A stretch of DNA of 64,000 nucleotides from Candidatus Latescibacterota bacterium (GCA_965197905.1 CBDAOB010000002.1:1-64000); one strand, 5' to 3'; shown: positions 9,614 to 19,816, counted from the stretch's first letter. Notes: a model not told the origin generated them from the letters alone. Made by a program: numbers and translations.

Positions 9614-10690
9614 TCAATTTTCGTTGGCAGTTTTCGCAAAAGCAGCGACTATCTCGGGAAAGAAGCTCCTAAGTGTGGGGTACTTTGACCGATTGGCTTC
9701 GTAGGCCAGCAGCTGGGAATGGACAGCATCAATGTATTTGAAACCTCTCTCCTTTTCGGCCTCAAGCGCGTTCTTTCCAGCGTTCGGACCCATTTCGGAA
9801 TGGAACAGCCGACTGGTAATGGCCCTGATTACGTGCTCGTTGACGCTGGTTTGCCAGTCCATGTAACCTCCAGCGCTGACCATCTGATCGGCTATAGGTG
9901 CGTACAATGCCGAGAATTCGTTGACACTCTTGAGGTTTTCGGCAGTGATGTGATCGACGAACGAGTGAGCGAACTCATGCCAAAGAACGTCCTGAAGCCG
10001 CGCAAGGTCGCCGAAGTCGGGGACGCCCTTGCTTTCCCCAACAGGGCCGATAATGCTGAAAACGTCAGTTACTCCTTTGTCTCGTACGATGCTGGGCCCA
10101 AAGCCGCCGTGATGTAAAAGTGGTCCGAGGATGATGTGATAGTCGCCTTGTTTCTCCCCGACGTATTCCTCCAGCGCCGCCATATAGTCTGTGTCGCCGA
10201 GCTGTCGTAGGGTTTTGGACCGAAGCGTCTCGTAATAGTCGGCGTTGGCATCATAAAAGGCCATGAAATCTGAGACTTGGGCGAAGTCGCGCAACCCCTC
10301 CACGAACCCAATGATATTGATGTCGCCACCAAAAGCTCGGGTTATATAGTCCTCAATGGCGTCATCGATGATCGGACTCTCGAAGTTTAGGGCGGGAGGT
10401 TGAGACAGATGGATGATGACGATCGCATAGGCATCGGAGGCGAGTGCCCTCGCCATGATCCCTCTGAGGAACTTGACGGCGTGATGATCCTTGTGATCGG
10501 CGAAGTGGTCGAGAATCTCTTGTTTGTATTGGATGTCGTAATTGGTCAAACCTTGGTGATCAGCCAACACTCCGACGACCGTGAGAAGCTCAATACGTGG
10601 ATCAACCGTTACACTGAACCTGAGTTCGGCCGCAGCGCTGCTGCCGCCTTGAGTGAGTAGAAAGATTGCCAGGATCGTCGCGTTTCTCAT
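9614..10690 (-). CDS. Secreted DUF4932-like zincin-motif protein
   Basis: Signal peptide, VDPRIELL, WHEFAHSFV, VNEHVIRA. Confidence 0.7.
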   Translation of the reverse strand: MRNATILAIFLLTQGGSSAAAELRFSVTVDPRIELLTVVGVLADHQGLTNYDIQYKQEILDHFADHKDHHAVKFLRGIMARALASDAYAIVIIHLSQPPALNFESPIIDDAIEDYITRAFGGDINIIGFVEGLRDFAQVSDFMAFYDANADYYETLRSKTLRQLGDTDYMAALEEYVGEKQGDYHIILGPLLHHGGFGPSIVRDKGVTDVFSIIGPVGESKGVPDFGDLARLQDVLWHEFAHSFVDHITAENLKSVNEFSALYAPIADQMVSAGGYMDWQTSVNEHVIRAITSRLFHSEMGPNAGKNALEAEKERGFKYIDAVHSQLLAYEANRSKYPTLRSFFPEIVAAFAKTANEN

Positions 10691-10713
10691 CTCAAACGTC
10701 CTTTTTCCATGTC

Positions 10714-10803
10714 ATATAACGTTTCGCCAGTTACCGAACTCGCGACGCGAGTTGTCGGAGACCAAGGCAGCGTAGCTGCCGCAGCGGTAACAGGTTGTTA
10801 TGT
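10714..10803 (-). other. attC site (family A)
   Basis: ATATAAC...GTTACCG...CGGTAAC...GTTATGT. Confidence 0.9.
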
Positions 10804-10821
10804 GACGAATGATTACTCACG

Positions 10822-11289
10822 TCAGTTAACCGGTGCTCCACATTCCAGATATGCGATCTTCGCGGTCTCCCGTGCCTCCACAGCCGCTTTTAGTCGGCCC
10901 TCGTAGTAAGGTGCCAACAAGGATAGTGCTGAATCCAATGGCAAAAACCGGTGTTCCGAGATCTCATCTGAGGGAAGTTCGATTGCGTCTACCTGCTCTT
11001 TAGCAAGGGAGCCACCCCAGAAGAGAAATACCAGCGCATCTTCCTTCTTGGTCGCCGCTACGCCAGCAGCTTCTGCTTGTTTTCCTTCCCCCCAGGAATC
11101 GACACACAGAAGTTCACGAACATCTAGCGAAAGCCCGGTCTCTTCCTGAATCTCTCTGATGCAAGCCCGTAGGGGGGACTCACCTTAATCAACATGCCCG
11201 CCTGGAAGCAGCCAGTAGTCGCGGTACGTCGGCTTCAGGATCAGCAGGTGGTTCTCAAATTCAATGACAGCTCCGGCGGAAACTATCAT
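10822..11289 (-). pseudogene. NUDIX hydrolase with in-frame stop inside the Nudix box (not in ORF track)
   Basis: MIVSAGAVI...WLLPGGHVD*GESPLRACIREIQEETGL; TAA at 11187-11185. Confidence 0.8.
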
Positions 11290-11349
11290 GAAGCAACCTT
11301 CAAGACCATCCTGTAACGCCCGTAACAACAGTTACCATTAGCATTTGTC

Positions 11350-12189
11350 ACATAACGTTTTGCCGGTTTACGAACTCACGAAGTGGGTTGCCGAAGGCCA
11401 AGGCGGCATCGGCGCCGCAGGTAGGGTCGAGAACTGGCGCGCCAGCCTTAGGGTTCGGTGGGTTCCCCATGGCTTTCGCCATAGCCCTCAGTCCGACTCC
11501 CATCGCTACGTTTCCAGTTCCCGCCGCCTCAAACCGGACGTGCGGATCTCCCGCATCCGGCTTCCCGACGAACGTCACATCCAGGCACACGCCACAAGGA
11601 CTTCACCTGGTAGTCAAGCTGCTTCCGATGCATACTAGTCTTACTGCTGGAGGCAATAGGCTCACGCCACTCTCCAACCCTCTGCACTTCCGCAGCATGT
11701 CCGAAGTCAGGCCCCTTCCCTCCACCGGAGTTACCCGGCTTCCTCGGTACTACGCGCCTGTCCGCCACCTCATCCAGCCCAGTCTGGCCCTCGCGGGTTA
11801 CCGGTTGGAGGCACTCGCTGCTTCCACCGGATGAGGCTTCCCGTGTTGCGCCACATCTCCTCTTACACACATGCTGTCGCCACTACCCCGGCGGAACAGC
11901 TGGGTGCGCTTGTCGCTCGACTTCCCCAGCTGCAGCGGCCTTCCCTGGTTTACGGGCAGGTCGGCTTCCGCATTACACTTTTCGAGGCCTGCTCAGCGTT
12001 TACTCACGTTACGGCCTGTGTGCTCGCCAAGTCGCCCAAGGCGACCCTCTACACCGGAGGCTTCAGCGGCTTCGTCGCCTCCACCACTGCTCCGATTGCT
12101 ACCGGCTGGAGCGACCCTTGCCGGGTGGGATTCGCACCCACTGAAGATGTGCGCCTTAGCACGGCGCACCGTGAACAGTGTTGTTACAA
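11350..12189 (-). other. attC site interrupted by intron copy 3
   Basis: ACATAAC...GTTTACG...CAG|intron|CGTGAAC...GTTACAA. Confidence 0.9.
11421..12169 (-). mobile_element. ORF-less group II intron, copy 3 (749 nt)
   Basis: Same sequence and ends as copy 1. Confidence 0.93.
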
Positions 12190-12195
12190 GAAGTG

Positions 12196-12621
12196 TCACG
12201 CGCTCAATGCCAGAGTCTCGTTTTGCAACCACCCACCAATGACTTTGGCCAGGCCGACGTCGTGCCGTTTGAATCCCATGCTCTCATAGACGTCAGGAAG
12301 ATCGGAAAACAGATGCACATGCTGTCCATCAAACTTCGAAACGACGATTTCCATCATGCGGGTAGCAACCCCTCGCCTCCGAAATGCCGACAGCGTCCAG
12401 ACATCCACGACGTATGCATTACAGACACCGTCCGAAAGTGCTCTCACTGTGCCAATTATGCGACCCTCAACGTACGCGATACAGTACGAGTGGCTGTTCT
12501 CGAATGAGCACCGAAGTTGTCCCGCTGTCCGTCCGTTGTCGAACTTGTCTTGGGAGAAAGTCTGCTTCATTTCAACCCAATCGACGCCGTGGAGATCCGT
12601 TTTATAGGTAACTTCCATCAT
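12196..12621 (-). CDS. GNAT N-acetyltransferase
   Basis: IIGTVRALSDG, VWT...FRRRGVATRMM, YESMGF. Confidence 0.85.
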   Translation of the reverse strand: MMEVTYKTDLHGVDWVEMKQTFSQDKFDNGRTAGQLRCSFENSHSYCIAYVEGRIIGTVRALSDGVCNAYVVDVWTLSAFRRRGVATRMMEIVVSKFDGQHVHLFSDLPDVYESMGFKRHDVGLAKVIGGWLQNETLALSA

Positions 12622-12653
12622 CGCAATTTCCCCGTGGAGTTAGAATACATTTC

Positions 12654-12731
12654 TTGTAACGAGAAAGAGTGCCCGAACCGGCGCAGCCGGTTTCCCCGGA
12701 GCGAAGCGGAGGCGGGCACTCGGTGTTGGGC
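12654..12731 (-). other. attC site (family B variant)
   Basis: TTGTAAC...GAGTGCCCG...CGGGCACTC GGT GTTGGGC. Confidence 0.85.
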
Positions 12732-12765
12732 GCTGTGCCAGTTTTGGAATCTTCGCACCTTCCCT

Positions 12766-13221
12766 TTAGGTCGAAGAGGGGCGCATCCGGGTCTGCAGTG
12801 GTTCTTCCATGGGTTCGGAGTCCCACCACCCCATAAACTTGGGGATTCCATCATGTAGATCTAACATGGCTTCATCGCAGTGAATATGGTAGCTACCTTC
12901 GTGAACTAAGCCCGAAACGGTTAGTAGGGCGGCATAAACTACGGTATGCTCACTGCCTGGACGATTCATCAAGCCCGATCCACAATGCCGACACCAATGT
13001 CGGTTACTAATTCCACTTCGGTAATTTTAAATCAACTCTTCTCCCTGAACGACGTGTACGGCTTCGTTCGGCCAAACAGCCGTGGCGTTGATTGGCGCCG
13101 CATGCCATGTTCGGCAGGTTTTACAATGACAATATCCAGCCCTGACCGGTGGACCCTCCACTCGAATCTTGACCTGACCGCAGAGACAGCTCCCTTCATA
13201 TTTCACAGCATCAGATGACAT
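12766..13221 (-). pseudogene. GFA/Mss4-like Zn protein with premature stop at 13029-13027
   Basis: GSCLCG, CHCKTC, then * then RHWCRHCGS in the same frame. Confidence 0.8.
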
Positions 13222-13285
13222 TATCTCTTCTCCTTAAGAATACACCGACAGAATAGCGTTGTTTTTTGGGGCGCTTAGGCATTGC

Positions 13286-13360
13286 GCCTAACGTTTCACC
13301 GGTTGACGAACCGACAGGCCAAGGTGCGCCAGCACCGCAGCGGCAAACGTGTTGTTAGGC
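13286..13360 (-). other. attC site (family A, first internal hairpin deleted)
   Basis: GCCTAAC...CGGCAAAC...GTTAGGC. Confidence 0.8.
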
Positions 13361-13373
13361 GAAGGAGAACACA

Positions 13374-14057
13374 TCAATATCCACTCAAAGGGCGTTCCCA
13401 TCTGTGATATGTACCATGAACCGTCGCGTTGGTCCGCAGATCAGATGCCAGTCCGTCGCCGCAAGAATCTGCCACAAAAGCACCAGCGTTCAATCTTCCC
13501 TCTTTGGCGGTTCTGTCTTGGGCACATTGGACCACCGCCCGCTGTCCTGAAATGCCTAGTGTCTCGAGGCCTTCGAGCCAAAGACCCCGATAAGTGAATG
13601 TGTCAACTGGAATAATCTCGGCTTCTTGTGGTTGGTCGGTAGCACCATTGGCGAACACAGGTTCCCATAGAAGCAAAGTTCGTCTTAGAGAATCGGTCTC
13701 GAAACCTGCTCTAGAAAAAGCGCGTTGACTTGCTAGGTTGTCAGTTCGAATCGATGCCCCCGCGAGGGAAGCACCGAGTTGTTCACCGTACAACAGTGCT
13801 TCCTTGACTAGGTGGGTTCCGATGCCCATTCCTTGCTCTGCCGGTCTTACGGCGACTAGGTCCAATTCGAATCGCGGATTCGCGCCAGATATTGTGAAAG
13901 CTGAGACAAACCCCGTAATCTCCGCATCGATAGCGACTAGCGTGACGTGCGAACTCGACGACAGATGATCGACGAAAACGTGCCCAAGAAGAGACTCTTG
14001 CCAAACGTCGCCCAGGATGCCGTCGGCGTCGTCAGTAGTTGCAGGTCGAATCAACAA
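13374..14057 (-). CDS. GNAT N-acetyltransferase
   Basis: LIRPAT, VAVRPAEQGMGIG, NLASQRAFSRAGF; TTG start at 14057 after GAAGGGA (the longer ORF-track start lies inside the IS). Confidence 0.8.
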   Translation of the reverse strand: MLIRPATTDDADGILGDVWQESLLGHVFVDHLSSSSHVTLVAIDAEITGFVSAFTISGANPRFELDLVAVRPAEQGMGIGTHLVKEALLYGEQLGASLAGASIRTDNLASQRAFSRAGFETDSLRRTLLLWEPVFANGATDQPQEAEIIPVDTFTYRGLWLEGLETLGISGQRAVVQCAQDRTAKEGRLNAGAFVADSCGDGLASDLRTNATVHGTYHRWERPLSGY

Positions 14058-14094
14058 ACGCTGTCCCTTCACTTTCGGCTTGTATCTTGAAAAT

Positions 14095-14295
14095 CGACTC
14101 CGTTTGATCACATGATCAGTTACATTGGCGAGTATTTGCTGGGGAGGCCGTTTTCGGTTTGAGGCTATGACCTCGCACGTTAGGTAGGCCCCCCACCTCC
14201 GCTGTTAATACCGAGGAAAACCCGAGACGGTCGAGTCTGTATTCTGCAAGCTCGGCAAGCACGGATAGTGGTGGGAGACCAGCAGCCAATATATC
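14095..14295 (+). ncRNA. Putative bridge RNA of the IS110 element
   Basis: Target loop TTTTCGGTT (14151-59)/ACGTTAG (14177-83); donor loop GAAAACCC (14216-23)/TGCAAG (14245-50); ends approximate. Confidence 0.8.
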
Positions 14296-14302
14296 ACGGG
14301 GG

Positions 14303-15313
14303 GTGAACATGCACCAAGAAAATCTAGTCGGCATTGACGTCAGTGCCGCCACGCTGGACGCCGTGCGCAGAGACCGGCGAGGCCAGTTGCTCAATGCAGC
14401 CTTCAGCAACGATACTAGCGGCCACAAGAAGCTCATCAGCTGGGCTACCAGGCGAGGATCAACGGCCCGCATTTGTATAGAAGCTACCGGTGTTTACAGC
14501 TTTCAGCTAGCTATGGCGCTTCATCAACACCCGAAAACAGAGGTCATGGTCGTCAACCCTCGGGCCATCAAGTCCTTCGGCCAAGCGCTCATGCAACGGG
14601 CCAAAATCGATCTAGTGGACGCCGAAGTAATCCTGGCCTTTGTCGAACGCATGGCCTTTGCATCTTGGCACCCGCCACCCGAAGAGGTCCTGCAGTTACA
14701 GTCACTCTCAAGGCGCATTGAGCAGGTGAAGGTGATGCTTAACCAGGAACTCAACCGTCGTCACGCTTATCAATTCCGTGCTGCTGTGGCAAAGTGGGTG
14801 CTCCAAGACATCGAGGTAAACATCCGGCATCTAAGGCGTCGTATAGCTCGTTTGGAAACGCACGGCCTGGAACTGATCGCAGCCAAACCTGAGCTCCAGG
14901 GCGCTTTTCAACGACTGGTCTCCATCAAAGGCGTAGCAGCTATCAGCGCGATGCGGATTTTGGCTGAACTGCTAACCCTCCCACCTGACCTGAAGCCATC
15001 GCAATGGGTCGCTCAGGCCGGTCTCGATCCGCGTGCAAGAGAGTCAGGGGCTTCCGTCCATGGACGTCGGTTTATCTCAAGGACAGGCAACAAACATCTG
15101 CGCCACGCCCTCTACATGCCCGCACTCGTGGCCTTACGACACGAACCACATGTGAAGGCCTTTTATGAAAAACTATTGGCCGCTGGCAAGAGACCCATGC
15201 AGGCAGTGGTGGCCGTGATGCGAAAATTGCTACGATCTATATGGGGTATGCTGAACTACAATCAGGATTTTGAGGACGAAAGATTCTACGAGATTCACAA
15301 GAAAGCAGCTTGA
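14303..15313 (+). CDS. IS110-family DEDD recombinase
   Basis: VGIDVS, IEATG, AKIDLVDA, SIKGVA, AGLDP...ESG, GNKHLRHALYMPA. Confidence 0.93.
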   Translation: MNMHQENLVGIDVSAATLDAVRRDRRGQLLNAAFSNDTSGHKKLISWATRRGSTARICIEATGVYSFQLAMALHQHPKTEVMVVNPRAIKSFGQALMQRAKIDLVDAEVILAFVERMAFASWHPPPEEVLQLQSLSRRIEQVKVMLNQELNRRHAYQFRAAVAKWVLQDIEVNIRHLRRRIARLETHGLELIAAKPELQGAFQRLVSIKGVAAISAMRILAELLTLPPDLKPSQWVAQAGLDPRARESGASVHGRRFISRTGNKHLRHALYMPALVALRHEPHVKAFYEKLLAAGKRPMQAVVAVMRKLLRSIWGMLNYNQDFEDERFYEIHKKAA

Positions 15314-15326
15314 CGGGGAAGAGAAA

Positions 15327-15418
15327 ACCTAACGTTTCTCCGGTTGCCGAACTCGCGCAGCGAGTTGCCGGAGGCCAAGGCGGCGAAGGCCGCCGTAGCG
15401 GCAAACGTGTTGTTACAT
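15327..15418 (-). other. attC site (family A), R' box split by IS110
   Basis: CTAAC...TTGCCG...CGGCAA...GTTACAT. Confidence 0.88.
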
Positions 15419-15430
15419 GAAGTGAATTAT

Positions 15431-15901
15431 TCAGAAGAATTTGACTACGATGTTCGGCGCCTTCACTGAAGCTCCACCCATTGTGATGGTACCCCCACCA
15501 GTCATCAGCAGATATTCAGCATTGCCTTCAGCCGGACCATCGAAGTCGACGTCGAGCAGTGAACCCTTTTTAACAATCACCTCCACAGTATCGTTGGATA
15601 TGCGACCGGTCATCAAGTCAGTCATGAAGACGCCTGTGCGGGTATTCAGAGCAATCTGATCAGCGGTGATGCTGATCAAAGGGTCAATGGCCATTTTCGC
15701 ATCAGTCGCCACATACATCGAGTGCGTCAACGCCTGCAATTCGTATTCGTTGCTCTCGATGGAACCAACAACACCAGCGCAACTCCAGCATTGTCTGTCG
15801 AGGTCGAACATTGGTCTGGCCGAAGTACCTATGAAACCAGAACACCCGAAAGCAAAAAGAAGAACAACCGCACCAAGAATCATTGAGCTCTTACCAGCCA
15901 T
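15431..15901 (-). CDS. Putative lipoprotein, unknown function
   Basis: Hydrophobic signal with AFGC lipobox; fills cassette. Confidence 0.65.
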   Translation of the reverse strand: MAGKSSMILGAVVLLFAFGCSGFIGTSARPMFDLDRQCWSCAGVVGSIESNEYELQALTHSMYVATDAKMAIDPLISITADQIALNTRTGVFMTDLMTGRISNDTVEVIVKKGSLLDVDFDGPAEGNAEYLLMTGGGTITMGGASVKAPNIVVKFF

Positions 15902-15923
15902 ACCAAATCTCCTCTCTCATTTC

Positions 15924-16010
15924 ATGTAACGTTTCACCGGTTACCGAACGCCGTTAGGCGTTGCCGAAGGCCAAGGAGCGCAGCGACGCAGCGGTAACGG
16001 GTTGTTACAG
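15924..16010 (-). other. attC site (family A)
   Basis: ATGTAAC...GTTACCG...CGGTAAC...GTTACAG. Confidence 0.9.
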
Positions 16011-16022
16011 GACGTGGGCTAA

Positions 16023-16400
16023 CTAACTCTTGTCCAACGGTTCGGTATATGTTGACTTCGGTGCGGCCTTTCCGAAAAAGGCCATAAGGTGTGCATCCTC
16101 TTCACCCACGTTCTCGATGCGATGCACAACGCCTTGAGGGATGAAGAGGGTCGCGGGAGCCACGACATCTAGCTGTTCCTCCGTACCCATCCTCACCTGA
16201 AGCTGGCCATTCAAGAAAACGATAGTCTCTTCCGTGTCATGAAAATGAGCATCAATCACCCCTCCGGGTTCCTGATATTGCTCCCAAAACTCACTTTCCG
16301 TCGCACCAACCTCTTTCGTGACCCGCTTGCGATTTCGCACCTTGCTCCAAGCATAGGACTTTCCTTTGGTGAACGGCTGCTCCTCATCTAAGATGTACAT
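16023..16400 (-). CDS. Cupin domain protein
   Basis: HFHDTEE...IPQGVVHRIEN. Confidence 0.85.
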   Translation of the reverse strand: MYILDEEQPFTKGKSYAWSKVRNRKRVTKEVGATESEFWEQYQEPGGVIDAHFHDTEETIVFLNGQLQVRMGTEEQLDVVAPATLFIPQGVVHRIENVGEEDAHLMAFFGKAAPKSTYTEPLDKS

Positions 16401-16416
16401 CTCAATATCCCATGTC

Positions 16417-16499
16417 CTGTAACGTTCTCGCCGTGCCCGAACCGCGAAGCGGTTGCGCGAAGGTGCGAAGCACTGAAGCCGGGCACGGACGTGTTACCA
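16417..16499 (-). other. attC site (family B)
   Basis: CTGTAAC...CCGTGCCCG...CGGGCACGG ACGT GTTACCA. Confidence 0.9.
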
Positions 16500-16546
16500 G
16501 CTGTTGTGCCCTCCGGACGCCCCATGACAGATCTCATCAAGGCAGC

Positions 16547-17212
16547 TCAATCCAACTCGAGCCCCGTCACCAAAAAATAAAACGACTCGAAAATCTGACA
16601 ATCTGTGCGACCAAATGTGATCTTGTCCTGGTGCCCCTGGAGAACGGCAACAGGACGGCAACCGAGTGTCTGTGCGACATCAACATCATGGTCCGTATCG
16701 CCGATCAGGTATGTCTGTGATGGTATCAGGTCGAAGTCCTCTATCAGATCGCGGCACCGCTGCTCTTTGGATGCGGCCAGTCTATCAGTCAACCCATATA
16801 CTCCGCTGAAGTGCTGGTGAATACCCAGGACATCAACCCAGGACTCCACCATCTGCTGTTCAGCTGCCGAAAGCACAAATTGTTTCAATTCAGCGGATTC
16901 AAAGTGTTCTAACGATTCTGCTATGCCAGGATTAAGTGTGCAACCCCTGAGTCCTGCCTGATACACCTCATGGAATTCGTCAGAAATGCTAGATTGCTCT
17001 TCGTGTACGAGATCGAGTCCCAAACGGCTATAGTAGCCGGACACCGGGAAACCAAAGATTCGTCGATGTGTTGTGACATTTATCGTTGGCAAGCCACGTC
17101 TTCGAAGGAGTTCGTTCATCGACTCTGTGGCCAAGTGCACATCATCGATAATGGTACCATTGAAATCCCAGATGACTGACTTCATCGAGCCCAACAAGGA
17201 CGAATCGTGCAC
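16547..17212 (-). CDS. HAD-family hydrolase (start may be ATG at ~17185)
   Basis: IWDFNGTIID, VLSA, IGDTDHD. Confidence 0.85.
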   Translation of the reverse strand: MHDSSLLGSMKSVIWDFNGTIIDDVHLATESMNELLRRRGLPTINVTTHRRIFGFPVSGYYSRLGLDLVHEEQSSISDEFHEVYQAGLRGCTLNPGIAESLEHFESAELKQFVLSAAEQQMVESWVDVLGIHQHFSGVYGLTDRLAASKEQRCRDLIEDFDLIPSQTYLIGDTDHDVDVAQTLGCRPVAVLQGHQDKITFGRTDCQIFESFYFLVTGLELD

Positions 17213-17231
17213 TCACTCAAGGCACAATTGC

Positions 17232-17322
17232 TGGTAACGTTTCACCGATTGCCGAACCTGCGGAGCAGGTTGCCGAAGGCCAAGCCGCCACAGGCGGCGT
17301 AGCGGCAAACGAGTTGTTAGGC
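17232..17322 (-). other. attC site (family A)
   Basis: TGGTAAC...GTTAGGC. Confidence 0.9.
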
Positions 17323-17340
17323 GCTGTGAATGAACCTCTC

Positions 17341-18000
17341 TCAGAACTTCCGCGCCAGAATATTCCAATGCCAGGATCCAGAATAAGTCTTCTCGGCATA
17401 CGTCTGCTCTGTCTCTTGCAGAGTTTCGACTTCGAATCCGGCAAGCAGTTGGTCCACTTCGTGGCGATCAGAGTAGTGGTGTTTGTGATCTCCGTCACCC
17501 TTGTCAGGATTGATAAATGTGTTCCGCTCAATCTCGTGTCCCTTCCCACACCATTCATTGAGCGTGCTGTTGAGGGTCAAGAACACCAGACCTTTTGGGC
17601 GGAGTACACGATGCATTTCTCGCAACGCGGTCTGCATTTCTGACAATGTGCCGTGATAGATCACGTTGAACGATACAACGAAGTCGAACTGACCATCACC
17701 GAAGGGCAACTTCAGCATGTTGCCCTGTCTGATGTCTGCGTTGAGTTCTTCGGATTTCAGCCACTCAGTGCAGTGCTGAAAACCACTATCAGTTGGCTCA
17801 AGCCCAAACGTTTCGAAACCCTCTCGGGCGAATAGCACAACGTGGCGACCAAGGCCAAAACCTAAATCGAGAACAGTCGACAGCCCTTCGTGGCGAAGTC
17901 TTGGCACGAGATCTCGCGCTTGATCATCAGGCACCCGCCAGGGACTCTGGGAATCTTCCTCTTCCCAAAGGGTGTTGAAATCCCGCCCTTCCTTTCTCAA
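17341..18000 (-). CDS. Class I SAM-dependent methyltransferase
   Basis: VLDLGFGLGRH, LPFGDGQFD, RVLRPKG. Confidence 0.88.
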   Translation of the reverse strand: MRKEGRDFNTLWEEEDSQSPWRVPDDQARDLVPRLRHEGLSTVLDLGFGLGRHVVLFAREGFETFGLEPTDSGFQHCTEWLKSEELNADIRQGNMLKLPFGDGQFDFVVSFNVIYHGTLSEMQTALREMHRVLRPKGLVFLTLNSTLNEWCGKGHEIERNTFINPDKGDGDHKHHYSDRHEVDQLLAGFEVETLQETEQTYAEKTYSGSWHWNILARKF

Positions 18001-18025
18001 AATGAATTACTCATAAATTCATTGC

Positions 18026-18116
18026 GCTTAACGTTTCACCGATTGCCGAACCTGCAAAGCAGGTTGCCGAAGGCCAAGCCGCAATAGGCGGCGTAGCGGC
18101 AAACGAGTTGTTATAC
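18026..18116 (-). other. attC site (family A)
   Basis: GCTTAAC...GTTATAC. Confidence 0.9.
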
Positions 18117-18131
18117 GACGTTGGTCCTTCC

Positions 18132-18836
18132 CTACATATGTCTGTTAACCAACACTAAGAATTCGTCCCAACTCCTGACTTCCGCATCAGGAGTGACATC
18201 CTCATTCTCGTGTAGGCGACGATTATACGAAATTGCAGTCATTTGACACTGCTTTGCGCCCAACACGTCAGTTTGCAACGTGTCGCCCATATACCAGATT
18301 TCCGACGGTGAAATTCCCAACCGTAAGGCAGCTGAAGCAAAGATCAATGAATGGGGTTTCCTGATGCCGTAGTCGGCGCTGGAGATAACGAATTCGAAGT
18401 GCCTAAGAAGGTCATGACGCTGAAGCTCCCACGAGAGGACCGCTCCCGTACCCGGATGGTTGCTTATGACACCCATCCTAATGTTTCGACAAGAAAGAGC
18501 TGTCAACGCCTCCGAAGCACCGGGTTCAGGGTCAAAGAGCACAGATGACTTCCAAAACTCCAGCTTAAGCGCGTCCATGGGTTCGCGAAAAGTGATGCCC
18601 AGTCGATCGAAGAGGAGACGATTAAACTGACGATTGGTAAACTCGATCATCGGAAACTCCGTTGAAGGCAGCTCACTCTCGATCCTGTCGACTTCAGCCA
18701 TTACGTCCTCGGGCTGCACTCCATTTCGATCCACTGCGTACTCCAGCAGGCGGGCGTTACCAGCAAGCGGATCAAATCGGAGATTGGTCACAAGGGTATC
18801 TACGAAATCGAAGAGAATTGCTTGGAGCCTATTCAT
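18132..18836 (-). CDS. HAD-family hydrolase
   Basis: ILFDFVDTL, ISN, RKPH, MGDTLQTDVLGA; ATG at 18836 (the ORF-track extension crosses attC). Confidence 0.88.
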   Translation of the reverse strand: MNRLQAILFDFVDTLVTNLRFDPLAGNARLLEYAVDRNGVQPEDVMAEVDRIESELPSTEFPMIEFTNRQFNRLLFDRLGITFREPMDALKLEFWKSSVLFDPEPGASEALTALSCRNIRMGVISNHPGTGAVLSWELQRHDLLRHFEFVISSADYGIRKPHSLIFASAALRLGISPSEIWYMGDTLQTDVLGAKQCQMTAISYNRRLHENEDVTPDAEVRSWDEFLVLVNRHM

Positions 18837-18864
18837 ATATGCTCCCCATTTTACTACCAATGTC

Positions 18865-18949
18865 GTATAACGATTTCGCCGTGCCCGAACCGCGAAGCGG
18901 TTGCAGCGAAGGCGCCTCAGCGCCGAAGCCGGGCATGGACGTGTTATAC
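18865..18949 (-). other. attC site (family B, GGGCATGG variant)
   Basis: GTATAAC...GTTATAC. Confidence 0.9.
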
Positions 18950-19235
18950 GATGGCGCCGCACAATATAACAACTCGCACGAGCGGGGATTGGGTTGTGAG
19001 GGGCCATGGCCGCACATGGGTGGCGGGGCGCTGACTGAAAAAGGCCACAACGGGGAGCGGAGGAGCCGTAAGTCATCAATGAGCACCTCGACACAGGCTC
19101 CACTTCTGGGCACATCGCGGCCATGGAAGAGTCGATCAAAGAGATGTCTTTCACCTATCTGTCTTCTAAAACAGTCGAAAGTACTCACTCAATGGGGCGC
19201 CTCTCGCCACTCAAACATTTTCGCCTTCGAATAAC
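18943..19235. other. Gene-less cassette 1 (putative promoter or structured-RNA cassette)
   Basis: Bounded by attC cores; homologous to 26020-26313; frame-breaking indels between copies. Confidence 0.8.
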
Positions 19236-19311
19236 ATATTCGCCGTGTCCGAACCGCGAATGCGGTTGCGCGAAGGGCGGATGCCCGAAGCCGGGCACGG
19301 GCGTGTTACGC
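19229..19311 (-). other. attC site (family B)
   Basis: GAATAAC...GTTACGC. Confidence 0.88.
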
Positions 19312-19405
19312 GCTGGCGGACAACCCTCCTCAAGTAGCGACTAACTAACGATAAGTCCGATTACACGTCGTATGCGAGCCTCGAATTCCAACTGCGATTA
19401 CCGCC

Positions 19406-19816
19406 TCAGTAATAACAACCCAATACTCTCTTCGTCGACCGCTCGTAGAGCCACAGTCTCCTAAAAGGTTGCTGTGGGCTTCCTCCACGCAGGAGCAGAT
19501 CGACTTCCAACTGCCTCAAGCTATCGGCTGCGCCTGGTTCCGGCTCAGGCTGTGGGTAGCTCTCACAGTAAAGGAGCAAATCCACGGGCATCTCCGAACG
19601 TGGGAGTTCCATGTATTCGTTGTACACCGGTGGAAGACCGCCTCCGGGACTCACTTCGGCAATTTCGATCGCTACGATTTCATCGTCGTTCCAGCGAGCC
19701 CTGAATGGCGGCCCAGCAGAGGGATGTTCCTCAATCGAGGCGACATCGAACTCGACCCGCTCCGCGTCGCAGAACTCGAGCAGTATCTGACGCAGGACAT
19801 CGAGGTCTTCAGTCAC
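19406..19816 (-). CDS. Hypothetical cassette protein
   Basis: GTG start after AGAGG; only ORF fitting cassette orientation. Confidence 0.55.
   Translation of the reverse strand: MTEDLDVLRQILLEFCDAERVEFDVASIEEHPSAGPPFRARWNDDEIVAIEIAEVSPGGGLPPVYNEYMELPRSEMPVDLLLYCESYPQPEPEPGAADSLRQLEVDLLLRGGSPQQPFRRLWLYERSTKRVLGCYY

Larger units (their letters stand above)
14081..15330 (+). mobile_element. IS110-family (IS621-like) element inserted in the attC R' box, CT core
   Basis: Junctions TTTCGG-CT|TGTAT (14080) and AGAAAAC-CT|AACGT (15330); removal restores GGCTAAC core. Confidence 0.88.

Noticed and set aside
14161..14170. GAGGCT|ATGACC as the IS110 left junction
   Set aside because: The junction at 14080 restores cassette-end complementarity, gives an IS621-like CT-TGTAT donor and a 17-bp promoter; this segment is instead the stem of the target loop
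18837..19154. N-terminal extension of the HAD ORF (340 aa)
   Set aside because: Reads through an attC and a gene-less cassette; the HAD motif starts right after ATG 18836
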